64,000 bases of DNA from Patescibacteria group bacterium (lineage in GTDB: Bacteria > Patescibacteriota > Saccharimonadia > Saccharimonadales > JAZKJC01): NCBI GenBank assembly GCA_040384565.1, contig JAZKJC010000002.1, positions 1,064 through 65,063 on the forward strand, read 5' to 3'. The position numbers and the translations under genes were made by a program. Below the pieces are notes generated by a model, which was not told where the DNA came from, did not search any database, and saw only the letters and a list, made by a program, of their open reading frames with translations. This document shows positions 38,166-46,651 of the stretch, piece after piece (the stretch's first letter is position 1; each line of letters starts with the position of its first letter).

Positions 38166-38609
38166 TTAGGTAATTTTTACCAGTAATATTAACCCCGCAA
38201 TCACCCAGACAGCCTCAAAAGGCCAGTTCTTGGCTTTCTCAGCCCATTGGATATTGCCGTGGAATCGTTCAACGGCATTATTGTGAGGCCGCTTAGCACG
38301 TCCCAGCATTTCACGCAGCCAATTTGATAACCACATTAGGTCAGGGCTTGCAGCTGCCAAACCACAGGCTACAGCTAATGCCCAGTATGCTGGTTGCGTT
38401 ATGGCAAACATTAATAGTACTAAAGTTATGCACACAGCATCGAGCCCTAAGATTGTCAGAAATTTTCTGCCTGTATGGTTACCCTCTCCAAAATGGGGCA
38501 AAGCGTCTAATACAAAATGCGACCCAAAAGCTAGCACAATAGCCAGCACAGGCTGATGTACGGTCAATCCAACTAGGCTCCCCGTCAGGAAATGATTAGT
38601 GCCTGTCAC
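38166..38609 (-). CDS. Membrane protein, possibly DUF457/YdjM-like metal-dependent hydrolase
   Basis: ..FGSHFVLDALPHFG.. His/Asp pattern in a polytopic protein. ATGA overlap with hisS. Confidence 0.4.
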   Translation of the reverse strand: MTGTNHFLTGSLVGLTVHQPVLAIVLAFGSHFVLDALPHFGEGNHTGRKFLTILGLDAVCITLVLLMFAITQPAYWALAVACGLAAASPDLMWLSNWLREMLGRAKRPHNNAVERFHGNIQWAEKAKNWPFEAVWVIAGLILLVKIT

Positions 38610-39913
38610 TGCTTTCGATAGTCCTTAATAATGCTGACTATTCTCTCTAAGGAATGCGCCTCTTCTTCTTTTGAGTGCAAATTTTTAAGCATAAACTTAG
38701 ACTCTTCTAATTCTCTTTCGCCTATAAACAGCACGTAGCCTATGCCTTTCTTTACCGCTGTTTTGATCTGTGATTCTGGCTTGCGGCCGGTTTGATCAAC
38801 CGCGACATTCAGGCCCATCTCGCGTAATTGCTTAATAGGTGCTTGGGCTTTATCCGCAACTTCACCAATAAGCACTATATAAATGTCCGTTTCCGGCATA
38901 AGCGCCGGCATAAGCCCATGTGCTTCCAAAAACAGCTTCAACGTAATATCGCCCATGGCAAATCCTACGGCCGGAATAGGCTCAACCCCAAACATGCTGA
39001 CCAATCCATCATACCGGCCACCGCCAAACATACTTCTGTTATTTTCCGGATCGGTGTCAAAGACTTCAAATGCGATGTCAGTGTAGTAGTCAAAACCCCG
39101 CATGAGCGTCGGATCAAACTGGGCATTAGTAACACCATTATTGCCTAGCTTTTCTAGTAATAGCTTCAGTTCAGCAACTGACTCATTGCCAAGTAGTTCT
39201 TCTGGGATTTCATTTAGAGTTGGCGTCTCTAGGAACTGCAGCAAGCGACTACCAACACCGTTTTCCCGCTGTGATGGGCTTATAATCGCGTCAAGTTGGG
39301 CCACAAAAGCTGGCTGATCCATCTTGCGCATGCGGTCAATCAATCGCCTAGCAGTGTCGGCTTGAGTTTGATCGAGTCCTAAATTGCCAGTCAGAAAACT
39401 GTCAACCAGTTTACGGCTATTGACTTTAATAGCGTACGTTTCCCGTTTAGCGCCAAACGCCTGCATGACTGCGTCCGCCATATCTATAATTTCCAGGTCA
39501 GCCGCTAGGTCAGCGATACCAAATATATCAGCGTTTAACTGGTAAAATTCCCGTCCACGGCCCCGCTGCATGCGCTCATATCTCCAAAACTGCGGGATCG
39601 AATACCACCGGGCAGGGTAGGCTAATTCCTGACGTTTACCAGCTATCATACGGCTAACGGTAGGGGTCATTTCTGTTCTCAAAGTCATGCTCCGCCCGCC
39701 CCTGTCTTCAAATGTGTAGGTTTGATCGTTTATGATTTCCTGGTTGCCCTTGCTTAGGTAAAGTTCGGTGGGTTCCAATATGGGCGCATCATATTCTTCG
39801 TAGCCATAGCGTTCGCAAACTTCACGCCACTTAGCATAAATATACTTCTGCAAACGCATATCCTCCGGATAGAAATCCCGCGCCCCTTTAACCGGTTGTG
39901 TAGATAGTGCCAT
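38606..39913 (-). CDS. hisS: Histidyl-tRNA synthetase
   Basis: ..VKGARDFYPED.., ..MTLRTEMTP.., ..FGGGRYDGL.., C-terminal anticodon-binding-type domain. The ATG at 39913 has a GGAGGAAATC SD. Confidence 0.85.
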   Translation of the reverse strand: MALSTQPVKGARDFYPEDMRLQKYIYAKWREVCERYGYEEYDAPILEPTELYLSKGNQEIINDQTYTFEDRGGRSMTLRTEMTPTVSRMIAGKRQELAYPARWYSIPQFWRYERMQRGRGREFYQLNADIFGIADLAADLEIIDMADAVMQAFGAKRETYAIKVNSRKLVDSFLTGNLGLDQTQADTARRLIDRMRKMDQPAFVAQLDAIISPSQRENGVGSRLLQFLETPTLNEIPEELLGNESVAELKLLLEKLGNNGVTNAQFDPTLMRGFDYYTDIAFEVFDTDPENNRSMFGGGRYDGLVSMFGVEPIPAVGFAMGDITLKLFLEAHGLMPALMPETDIYIVLIGEVADKAQAPIKQLREMGLNVAVDQTGRKPESQIKTAVKKGIGYVLFIGERELEESKFMLKNLHSKEEEAHSLERIVSIIKDYRKQ

Positions 39914-39924
39914 GATTTCCTCCA

Positions 39925-41214
39925 TTATAGCTTATTGTTAAAACGTATGTTCACGGCATTTGCGTGGGCCTGAAGACCTTCCGCTTCAGCCATTGTCGTA
40001 ATGGTTTGGCTCAACCGCTTAAGACCTAGTTTGCTTAAAGACTGGAACGTCACTTTTTTTACAAAACTATCCAGCGATAGTCCTCCATAACTACGTGCCC
40101 AGCCATTTGTTGGTAAGGTGTGGTTTGTCCCGGACGCATAATCACCAGCACTTTCTGGTGAGTAGTTGCCCAGAAAAACCGAACCAGCACTTGAGACCCC
40201 AGCCGCCAACTGTTCTGGATTTTTCACGCTCAAGATAAGGTGTTCTGGGGCGTAACTATTCACAAACTCAATAGCACGCTTCAGGTTATCAAAAACTACA
40301 CTAAATGAGTTTTTGAGAGCTTCGGCAGCAATTTCTTTACGGGGTAAGTTCGCTAATTGGAGCTTTAGCTCTTTCTCAATCAGCGGTACTAGCTGATTTT
40401 GCGTGGTAACCAAAACCACCTGGCTATCCGAACCGTGTTCAGCCTGACCCAACAGATCAGCCGCCACGAATGCCGGGTTGGCAGAAGCGTCAGCTAGAAC
40501 CATAACTTCTGAGGGACCAGCTGGCATATCAATCGTTAGACCGTATTTCACGGCGTATTGCTTAGCAGCCATCACATACTGATTGCCTGGGCCAAAGATC
40601 TTATCAACCTTTGGCACCGACTTCGTACCAAACGTCATAGCTGCAATTGCTTGTGCCCCGCCTACAGTGTAGATTTTATCAATTCCACACAATTGAGCTG
40701 CGTAGCAGATAGCTGGCTCAACTGAGACATCTTTGTTTGGCGGCGTACACAATACCACTTCTTGACAACCAGCAATCTGCGCTGGTACGCCGAGCATCAG
40801 CACTGTTGAAGTCAGCGGCGCACTGCCGCCAGGTACATATAGCCCGACCCGCTCAATCGGTCGGCTTTCCCGCCAGCACATTACGCCTGGCATTGTTTCT
40901 AGGCGTTCACGCTGAACATCAAGCACCTGAAGCTCGTGAAATGAATGAATATTCCGGAAAGCTGTGTCAATCGCTCGCTGTAGTTTTATGGGAACCTTTC
41001 GTGCTTGGGCTTTTACCTCTTGCTGGGACAAAACCAACAACGACAGTTTCACTCCATCAAAACGCTCAGTTAATTGTCTGAGCGCGTTGTCACCGCCTTT
41101 TTCTACCTCTGTGAATATTGACTGGACCACTTCATCTAGCCCCGATTGCTCCATCTTAGGTCTACGGCAAAGTTTCTGCCGCAACAACTGATAAGGATTT
41201 TTATATGTTTTCAT
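39925..41214 (-). CDS. hisD: Histidinol dehydrogenase
   Basis: ..IDMPAGPSEVMVLAD..ANP.FVAADLLGQAEH.. is the HisD signature. The start is uncertain (41214 or 41229) and overlaps the hisG-like 3' end. Confidence 0.88.
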   Translation of the reverse strand: MKTYKNPYQLLRQKLCRRPKMEQSGLDEVVQSIFTEVEKGGDNALRQLTERFDGVKLSLLVLSQQEVKAQARKVPIKLQRAIDTAFRNIHSFHELQVLDVQRERLETMPGVMCWRESRPIERVGLYVPGGSAPLTSTVLMLGVPAQIAGCQEVVLCTPPNKDVSVEPAICYAAQLCGIDKIYTVGGAQAIAAMTFGTKSVPKVDKIFGPGNQYVMAAKQYAVKYGLTIDMPAGPSEVMVLADASANPAFVAADLLGQAEHGSDSQVVLVTTQNQLVPLIEKELKLQLANLPRKEIAAEALKNSFSVVFDNLKRAIEFVNSYAPEHLILSVKNPEQLAAGVSSAGSVFLGNYSPESAGDYASGTNHTLPTNGWARSYGGLSLDSFVKKVTFQSLSKLGLKRLSQTITTMAEAEGLQAHANAVNIRFNNKL

Positions 41215-41866
41215 CGGTCTGACCTCCACCTGGCGCTACAAGCACCGGGAACACATCCAGCAAATTTTCAATCACCACAAAATTGTTTTGCTTAACCGTA
41301 TTTGCTTCGTTACTTACCAAGTCCACCGCTGGAAGACCAATGGCCTCTGCCACACCCTCGACACCACCGTTTAATGCAACCTGACAGAGAATGTTAAAGC
41401 GCTCCATGATACCAAGTCCATTGACTATGCCAGGATATGCGGTAATCACACCTAATGGATATGTACCGCTCCGAAGCCTGCTTTTAATCCGTGCTATTTC
41501 TGCCGTTTCAGGCGCTATCAAAGCTATTCTACCCATACGTTTTTGCGTCATTTTGCCCATGACAGTGGTAGTTCTGCGCTGATTACAAGCATATTCCATA
41601 CACCATTCACTGCCAGTTAGACCAACGACACCATCCATTTCAGCACCTGCAAGTTCAACCACTTGCGGCACGTCACGGCCACGAACCCACCAATACGTTC
41701 GGCCGTTGGATTCGACTTTTGCCTTTCGGTCGTCCTGCTTAGGTATTTCTTCTCCTATAAGCTCCTGAAAGGCAGCTACGAACACTTTTTGATAGCGATT
41801 AGGTACGAATACTTGTTTTGCCTCATCAGCCACTTCTGCTACTGCAATATTGTTTAAATTTTTCAT
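41201..41866 (-). CDS. hisG: Short-form ATP phosphoribosyltransferase-like protein (divergent)
   Basis: ..WVRGRDVPQVVE.. and ..GGVEGVAEAIGLPAVDLVSNEANTVKQNNF.. align by eye to short HisG, but the [ST]-G-x-T-[LM] loop is not conserved. The ATG at 41866 has an AGGAGA SD. Confidence 0.55.
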   Translation of the reverse strand: MKNLNNIAVAEVADEAKQVFVPNRYQKVFVAAFQELIGEEIPKQDDRKAKVESNGRTYWWVRGRDVPQVVELAGAEMDGVVGLTGSEWCMEYACNQRRTTTVMGKMTQKRMGRIALIAPETAEIARIKSRLRSGTYPLGVITAYPGIVNGLGIMERFNILCQVALNGGVEGVAEAIGLPAVDLVSNEANTVKQNNFVVIENLLDVFPVLVAPGGGQTDENI

Positions 41867-41890
41867 TTCATTTCTCCTAAACAAATTAAT

Positions 41891-41925
41891 TAACAAACAA
41901 AAACGCCAGCTTGGTGCTGGCGTTT
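41891..41925 (-). terminator. Rho-independent terminator between the yerC-like gene and the hisG-like gene
   Basis: AAACGCCAGC-TTGGT-GCTGGCGTTT, a 10-bp perfect stem, followed on the minus strand by UUGUUUGUU. Confidence 0.6.
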
Positions 41926-41947
41926 GTTATTTGAAATAAATAACTAG

Positions 41948-42280
41948 TTAGACAGCACGTGCTGGCGGGATATGATTGTGGTGAGTTGATAGTTTAGTCA
42001 AAACGGGTTCGTAGCCACCACAGCCGTTTTGCATCCAATCACTTATCCTGGCAACTGTGCGGCTACTCAGCTTTGTTTTGGCCACAATTTCGATATATTT
42101 ACTGCCTGTTTTCAGCATCCGGGCAGCTTCTAACCGGGCGCTAACTTCAATGATTTCTTTCTCTGTCATAACGTCACGCAAAAAGTTTTGCATATCAGAG
42201 CCTGAGTTAATAGACAGCAGAGCCTCAACTAGTTGCTGGGCGGATTCAGATTGCCAAATTGTGGTCTTGCTATCAGACAT
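41948..42280 (-). CDS. TrpR-like YerC/YecD-family DNA-binding protein
   Basis: ..FLRDVMTEKEIIEVSARLEAARML..G.SY.EI..KT.LS..TVARIS.W...G.GGY is the family pattern. ATG at 42280. Confidence 0.7.
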   Translation of the reverse strand: MSDSKTTIWQSESAQQLVEALLSINSGSDMQNFLRDVMTEKEIIEVSARLEAARMLKTGSKYIEIVAKTKLSSRTVARISDWMQNGCGGYEPVLTKLSTHHNHIPPARAV

Positions 42281-42287
42281 ACCCAGT

Positions 42288-42316
42288 ACTTTACCAAAGT
42301 AAAGTGTTTTTGTCAA
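42288..42316 (-). promoter_or_regulatory. Promoter TTGACA-17-TAAAGT, 7 nt before the ATG (leaderless-type)
   Basis: Read directly on the minus strand. Confidence 0.55.
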
Positions 42317-42393
42317 CAGTTAATTTTTATTACATTATTTTTATTTCTTGCTGGTGTCCTACTTCATTTCCGCATTTGGGCAACTTACTGTAA

Positions 42394-42696
42394 TTAGGCG
42401 ATGTTGCCTCTACTTTCGCGGCTGTGCCAGACACGGATTATTACGACCGTATCCCCGTCTGCATACATATATCTCAGCACATAGGCTCCTGCGCCGTAGG
42501 CCATAAACAGCTCACGCCTGCCAGTTTCATCTGGCATTGGACGACCTAGCCTGGGCGTAGTTTTAAGTAATTCCACTCCGCGCAAGATAGTTTCCGCAGC
42601 CCTATTAGCTGATGCGGGACTTTTGCCGTTTAAAAATGCATAAAGTCGTTCAACGCCACTAACAGCTTCTGGCAACCATCTAAGGGGCCTACCCAT
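42394..42696 (-). CDS. parE: ParE/RelE-family toxin
   Basis: 100 aa, ..WLPEAVSGVERLYAFL.. ..VVIIRVWHSRE.. Typical of a plasmid-stabilisation toxin. Confidence 0.75.
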   Translation of the reverse strand: MGRPLRWLPEAVSGVERLYAFLNGKSPASANRAAETILRGVELLKTTPRLGRPMPDETGRRELFMAYGAGAYVLRYMYADGDTVVIIRVWHSRESRGNIA

Positions 42697-42843
42697 GATA
42701 ACCTTTCAAGATAGAGGAGATGATCTTCGAGTTAAAACTGCTTATGGAGAAAGAAGCATACCTTTGGTACGTTGGACTGAGACAGAAGTAGTTTTGGCCG
42801 GAAAGGGCTGGTCTAGTTTGGGAGGTTATTATGGGTAGGACCC
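42684..42843 (-). promoter_or_regulatory. 21-nt inverted repeat (42684-42704 / 42823-42843, 19/21) bracketing the antitoxin-toxin spacer. The proximal arm covers the parE SD and ATG
   Basis: rc(42684-42704) is AGGTTATCATGGGTAGGCCCC; 42823-42843 is AGGTTATTATGGGTAGGACCC. Confidence 0.6.
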
Positions 42844-42845
42844 TT

Positions 42846-43118
42846 TCAATGTGGGGCACGGTTTGATGCCTTGCCACTCGCGAGCCCCTCAAGCCACCGC
42901 TCTACTTTATCGCCATCTATCGCGTTACCAGTAAGAACGTAGTGTTCCCAGCGCTCTAGATCTTCACTCTTTTCCTGCTCGTAGCGTTCTTCGCGCTCCA
43001 AATAATCTTCTACAGCCGTCCGCATCAGCCAATGAGGTGAACGTTTACGCTTCGCGCCCAAAGCCTTAAGCCGACTCTGAGTTTGATCATCCAATTTGAT
43101 ACCCTGCGTTGTAGCCAT
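42846..43118 (-). CDS. Ribbon-helix-helix (CopG/ParD-like) antitoxin
   Basis: MATTQGIKLDDQTQSRLKALGAKRKRSPHWLMRTAVEDYL.. RHH pattern upstream of parE. Confidence 0.7.
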   Translation of the reverse strand: MATTQGIKLDDQTQSRLKALGAKRKRSPHWLMRTAVEDYLEREERYEQEKSEDLERWEHYVLTGNAIDGDKVERWLEGLASGKASNRAPH

Positions 43119-43124
43119 AAAATT

Positions 43125-43153
43125 ATGGTAGCACTAGGTGCAACCTTTTACAA
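43125..43153 (-). promoter_or_regulatory. Promoter TTGTAA-17-TACCAT, 6 nt before the antitoxin ATG (leaderless-type)
   Basis: Read directly. A small GCAC-TAG-GTGC palindrome sits in the spacer. Confidence 0.4.
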
Positions 43154-43212
43154 CCACTACATAAACCTAAAATACCAGAGGCAAGAATTAATAACAGCGG
43201 CAGCTAAAGCTA

Positions 43213-43221
43213 TGTTAAAAT
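43213..43221 (+). promoter_or_regulatory. Extended -10 TGTTAAAAT, 6 nt before the ATG at 43228
   Basis: Read directly. Confidence 0.4.
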
Positions 43222-43227
43222 ATTTCT

Positions 43228-43464
43228 ATGGCTAAAGATAATAATTACGTTGGCGTATTGCTGGAAGATATCGAATCAAAATTGAAAGGTATTGCTGAAG
43301 CGGTTGCCGATTTAAACAAGAAAGCTATTCAAGCAGACCAAAGACTAAATAAAATTGAAGAAAACACCAACCTGATTCCAGCTGTTCAAGCAGCAATTAA
43401 AGACCAGACCAAACAGCTTAATACTCAAGGATTGCGAATCGCAGACCTAGAAACAGCCCGGTAA
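43228..43464 (+). CDS. Hypothetical 78-aa coiled-coil-like protein
   Basis: ORF track. Heptad-like charged/hydrophobic pattern. Confidence 0.45.
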   Translation: MAKDNNYVGVLLEDIESKLKGIAEAVADLNKKAIQADQRLNKIEENTNLIPAVQAAIKDQTKQLNTQGLRIADLETAR

Positions 43465-43700
43465 CGGTAGTGAGGGGGTAATTAGGCCAGGCTTCATTGC
43501 TCTAGAACTCCGCGCTTAGGTGCTAACTATGGTTCGGTACAGCATGGTTAACTGGATTTGCTAAGTTTTCATATGCAAAAATTGATTGCGGCCGACTGGC
43601 AGGCTATTCAAGAATTTATTGACCGCAACGTGAATCTGCTAAAATACCTGAGCTGGCCAAGAAAGTAATCTTGCTGCGGTCAGCCACAACTCTCAACTAA

Positions 43701-44039
43701 ATGAATAACAAAACTAAATTTTTTGATTCAAGATTAAAGTGGCTATTAACCGCATTAGCTGTCAACATCGTTTTATTTATTTGGCTACAAACAACTTCTG
43801 GCCATTCAAGTGCCGTTTGTAGTCCAACCCTTGCAAGTAATCTCCATATATTCTTTGTAGTCTTAATGATGGGCTTAACTTCGTCATACTGGTTTGTAAG
43901 GTTTATATTTTGGCCAAACGGCCCAAAAAATCAGCTGTCTTATAAATTAGGTTGGATAATGGGAGCTTTTATAGGTTTGTTTTTTGCAGGCGTATTATAT
44001 TTTGGCCTTGGAATTATTGCGTGGGGAACATGCTTCTAA
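43701..44039 (+). CDS. Hypothetical membrane protein (112 aa)
   Basis: Three or four hydrophobic helices. Confidence 0.45.
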   Translation: MNNKTKFFDSRLKWLLTALAVNIVLFIWLQTTSGHSSAVCSPTLASNLHIFFVVLMMGLTSSYWFVRFIFWPNGPKNQLSYKLGWIMGAFIGLFFAGVLYFGLGIIAWGTCF

Positions 44040-44131
44040 AGCACCTCAATAATGAACAATCTAGTAAATTTTATGAAAAGGGTTTGGCCCTTAACTAGGG
44101 AAGATGTGTTCACTTTTGAACTTTATCTTTT

Positions 44132-44233
44132 TTGGTGCCCTTGAAGCACTTTCATGCGAACTCCTTTTGGCTTGGCTTGACCAATTTATAAAGTCTTTTA
44201 GCCAGTATTAATACTACAAATTTAACAGCTTAG
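44132..44233 (+). repeat. Direct repeat copy 1 (about 100 bp)
   Basis: About 52/60 identity over the first 60 nt with 47350-47409; weaker similarity to the end. Confidence 0.75.
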
Positions 44234-44369
44234 AGGATACTTCTATCGAAGATTCAGGGGCAGTAGCACCCAACAAAACTGCAAATGCCTCTCCGGTTGG
44301 TTGGTTAGTGCACGCGCAAGGTTTGGAAAATATTTGTTGGTAATTTTAAACCTACTTACAGCAGTGTTC

Positions 44370-46601
44370 CTACAAAGCTACTGAGACGCTATTGGATGAC
44401 GGTGAATCGTTCTTTGCCGCGTCGTAAGCTACTACGTAATACGAATAAGTAGTGCCGGCTGTAAGCCCGGTATCGGTGAAATTCAGGCTAAAGGAATAGC
44501 CTGCTAGGCTAGTACTGGTGATTGTTTTACCCTTTGAGGTGGTGGAGGTACTGCGATAAATCTTATAGCCTGCTACGCCAACATTGTCTGTAGCGGCCGT
44601 CCAATTTAATGAAACCGAGTTGCTGGTTTTTGCGCCAACAACCAAATTCGTAGGTAGTGCTGGCGGTGTTATGTCATCATTTACCACCATAATGCTCTGG
44701 CACGGGGCACCAAACCACTCGTCCTGGCTTTTTTGATGCATCCGCCAGTCGAATTCATAACTGCCGGGAAGACTGGGTGCTGTCAAAGTAGCCGAAACAG
44801 TTGCTGACGCTCCAGTTGCTACATCGCCGTTTAGCGCAATACTGGCGGTTCCCCAAGTATTGCTGCTCGTCTGAGCATATACACCGCTTGACCAGGGATG
44901 TGGCACGACTTCGACCGAAGCAAGGTCATAATCGGCCGCTTTCCAGGCTTTGCTACCGGTATTTTTGATAACCATATTTGTAGTGAAACTCGACCCGGGC
45001 TTGACAGCCATGGGGGTGTTTTGCAAGCTACAGGCGGCATTGTTTGTACTAACAGATCTGCCATTGAATGCTACCCGCACCACTGCTTCGCCAGGGGTAA
45101 TTGATACAGCGGTTATGCTGATCCCACTAATCGGATCAGTAAAGGTCTTGCCTGTTTTCAGGCCAGCGTCGCGTGAACCACCCGGACCCAGTGTAGTTGG
45201 CGTGGTATCAATAATGTAGGTAGCCGCTGAACTCGTACAGTCAGCCGCTTGGCGTATGAGCACACCGTAATATTGTGATCGTTCAGGCTCAGTAGCGCTA
45301 GTGCGGCCATCAATAACCCCATACGGCTGGCGCAGCTCGACACAGTAATTAGGGTAATAGGTTTTACCTTTTGCAGGCTGAATAATCTTTAGCTGTTTGA
45401 CGCTGCTATCGCCATTTTCCAGTGGAGTTAAGCTGTAATCACCCGTCGCAGTTACGGTTTGAGTATTGGACGGTTGAAGCCATCCAAGCACTGACTTGTG
45501 CGTCGCGTTCATTTGTAAGTAATTACTATTGCCCATGACGTTATAGGCGTCTTGATATTCTATGTCCTTGCAGTTGGCCGACATTGCTACCGGCAAATTA
45601 TTTGTATCGTAGCAAAATCTGCCATTGGCATGCCTAGCACCGAAGTTGTGTCCCAATTCATGAGCAAGTACCCATGGGTATATACCTCTGGAGTTGACAA
45701 TACCCGCATAGGCAGTATTACCGCCCACTTGAGCTATCCCGCTAAAACCGCAATTCGTTGCGGCGTAATTGCCGTCGGGCCAAAGGTAAACAAAATTGTC
45801 GTAACCGGAAAGATCATGGCCTTCAGCAGTAGCCATCTCATATGCTTCTGTCCTCCAGTAGCCATAAAAACAGTTCTTGGAAGTGGTTGGCACGGCGTAC
45901 CAGCCGAATACGTCTCCATCCGGGTTAATTTTGCCAGTGAGGCTGCGCTCGTTATATGACGTTTCGCGGTAGTAGAGATTAACTGGTGGTTCCTCCGACC
46001 CAGGATTCAACCATTCTGTGCCAAATATTTGACGTTTAATAGTAGCGACGTCGACTGGTTTAACGGGGTTGTCTGCCCATGTGATCAAAATAACGGCGGT
46101 TTTGCGCGGGCTGTGATGGGGCAAGGCTTTGTAGGTTACTTCAAAATCGCTGCCACCCCTGGAAGCCAACTTAATGGTGCTCCCATCCTTGCGGCCACGG
46201 ATGTTAACTTTTGAGCCGGTAAGTAGTTCTGGTTCGGGCCCAGCGAATTCCAACCGGTATTTTTGACCGTCAGCTGCCTTTAGATTAAATTCTTCATGGT
46301 GTTCCCATTTTGAAACGTCAGGCTCTGGTTTGCCATCTTTGTCTAGTTTGAAGTTATCAAAACCCAGAACTTCAAGCTCACCAGATAGACTGACTAGTTG
46401 GGAAGAGTTGGGTATAGGCGCTGCAAACGACCTATATAGTGCGTATGTTCCAATAGCTGCGAACAACAGCACAAACAATAGCAGGTGAGTGCGCTGGAGA
46501 TTATGCGCCCTTTGAAGTACGAATTGCTTTATGCGCAAAAAACGAGAGCCAGATGCTGGGTGTGTTTGTTGTGGTTGTTTGTCTTCTTTATGGTCGGTCA
46601 T
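44370..46601 (-). CDS. Membrane-anchored secreted metzincin-type zinc metalloprotease with a C-terminal FN3 domain
   Basis: N-terminal TM helix; HELGHNFGARH is a perfect HExxHxxGxxH; C-terminal ..SVSLNWTAATDNVGVAGYKIYRS.. FN3. Confidence 0.8.
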   Translation of the reverse strand: MTDHKEDKQPQQTHPASGSRFLRIKQFVLQRAHNLQRTHLLLFVLLFAAIGTYALYRSFAAPIPNSSQLVSLSGELEVLGFDNFKLDKDGKPEPDVSKWEHHEEFNLKAADGQKYRLEFAGPEPELLTGSKVNIRGRKDGSTIKLASRGGSDFEVTYKALPHHSPRKTAVILITWADNPVKPVDVATIKRQIFGTEWLNPGSEEPPVNLYYRETSYNERSLTGKINPDGDVFGWYAVPTTSKNCFYGYWRTEAYEMATAEGHDLSGYDNFVYLWPDGNYAATNCGFSGIAQVGGNTAYAGIVNSRGIYPWVLAHELGHNFGARHANGRFCYDTNNLPVAMSANCKDIEYQDAYNVMGNSNYLQMNATHKSVLGWLQPSNTQTVTATGDYSLTPLENGDSSVKQLKIIQPAKGKTYYPNYCVELRQPYGVIDGRTSATEPERSQYYGVLIRQAADCTSSAATYIIDTTPTTLGPGGSRDAGLKTGKTFTDPISGISITAVSITPGEAVVRVAFNGRSVSTNNAACSLQNTPMAVKPGSSFTTNMVIKNTGSKAWKAADYDLASVEVVPHPWSSGVYAQTSSNTWGTASIALNGDVATGASATVSATLTAPSLPGSYEFDWRMHQKSQDEWFGAPCQSIMVVNDDITPPALPTNLVVGAKTSNSVSLNWTAATDNVGVAGYKIYRSTSTTSKGKTITSTSLAGYSFSLNFTDTGLTAGTTYSYYVVAYDAAKNDSPSSNSVSVAL

Positions 46602-46651
46602 TTTTAATATGTTAAATCACTCTTTATTAATAGCAAAACTGCTTTTATTGT

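Noticed and set aside
38606-39913. HisRS-like gene as HisZ, the regulatory subunit for short HisG
   Set aside because: It retains the GGRYD motif-3 region and a full C-terminal anticodon-binding-type domain, with a normal HisRS length. HisZ usually lacks these. A dual role cannot be excluded.
42352-42376. GTCCTACTTCATTTCCGCATTTGG, resembling the tRNA-Leu 3' end (GTCCTTTCATCCGCACCA), as a possible far att junction of the island
   Set aside because: The match needs two 2-nt gaps and lies in inverted orientation relative to the tRNA. It is too weak to call, and serine recombinases need not leave such repeats.
42689-42892. 67-aa ORF bridging the antitoxin-toxin gap
   Set aside because: It overlaps both TA genes out of frame. 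The gap is better explained by the 21-nt inverted-repeat RNA structure.
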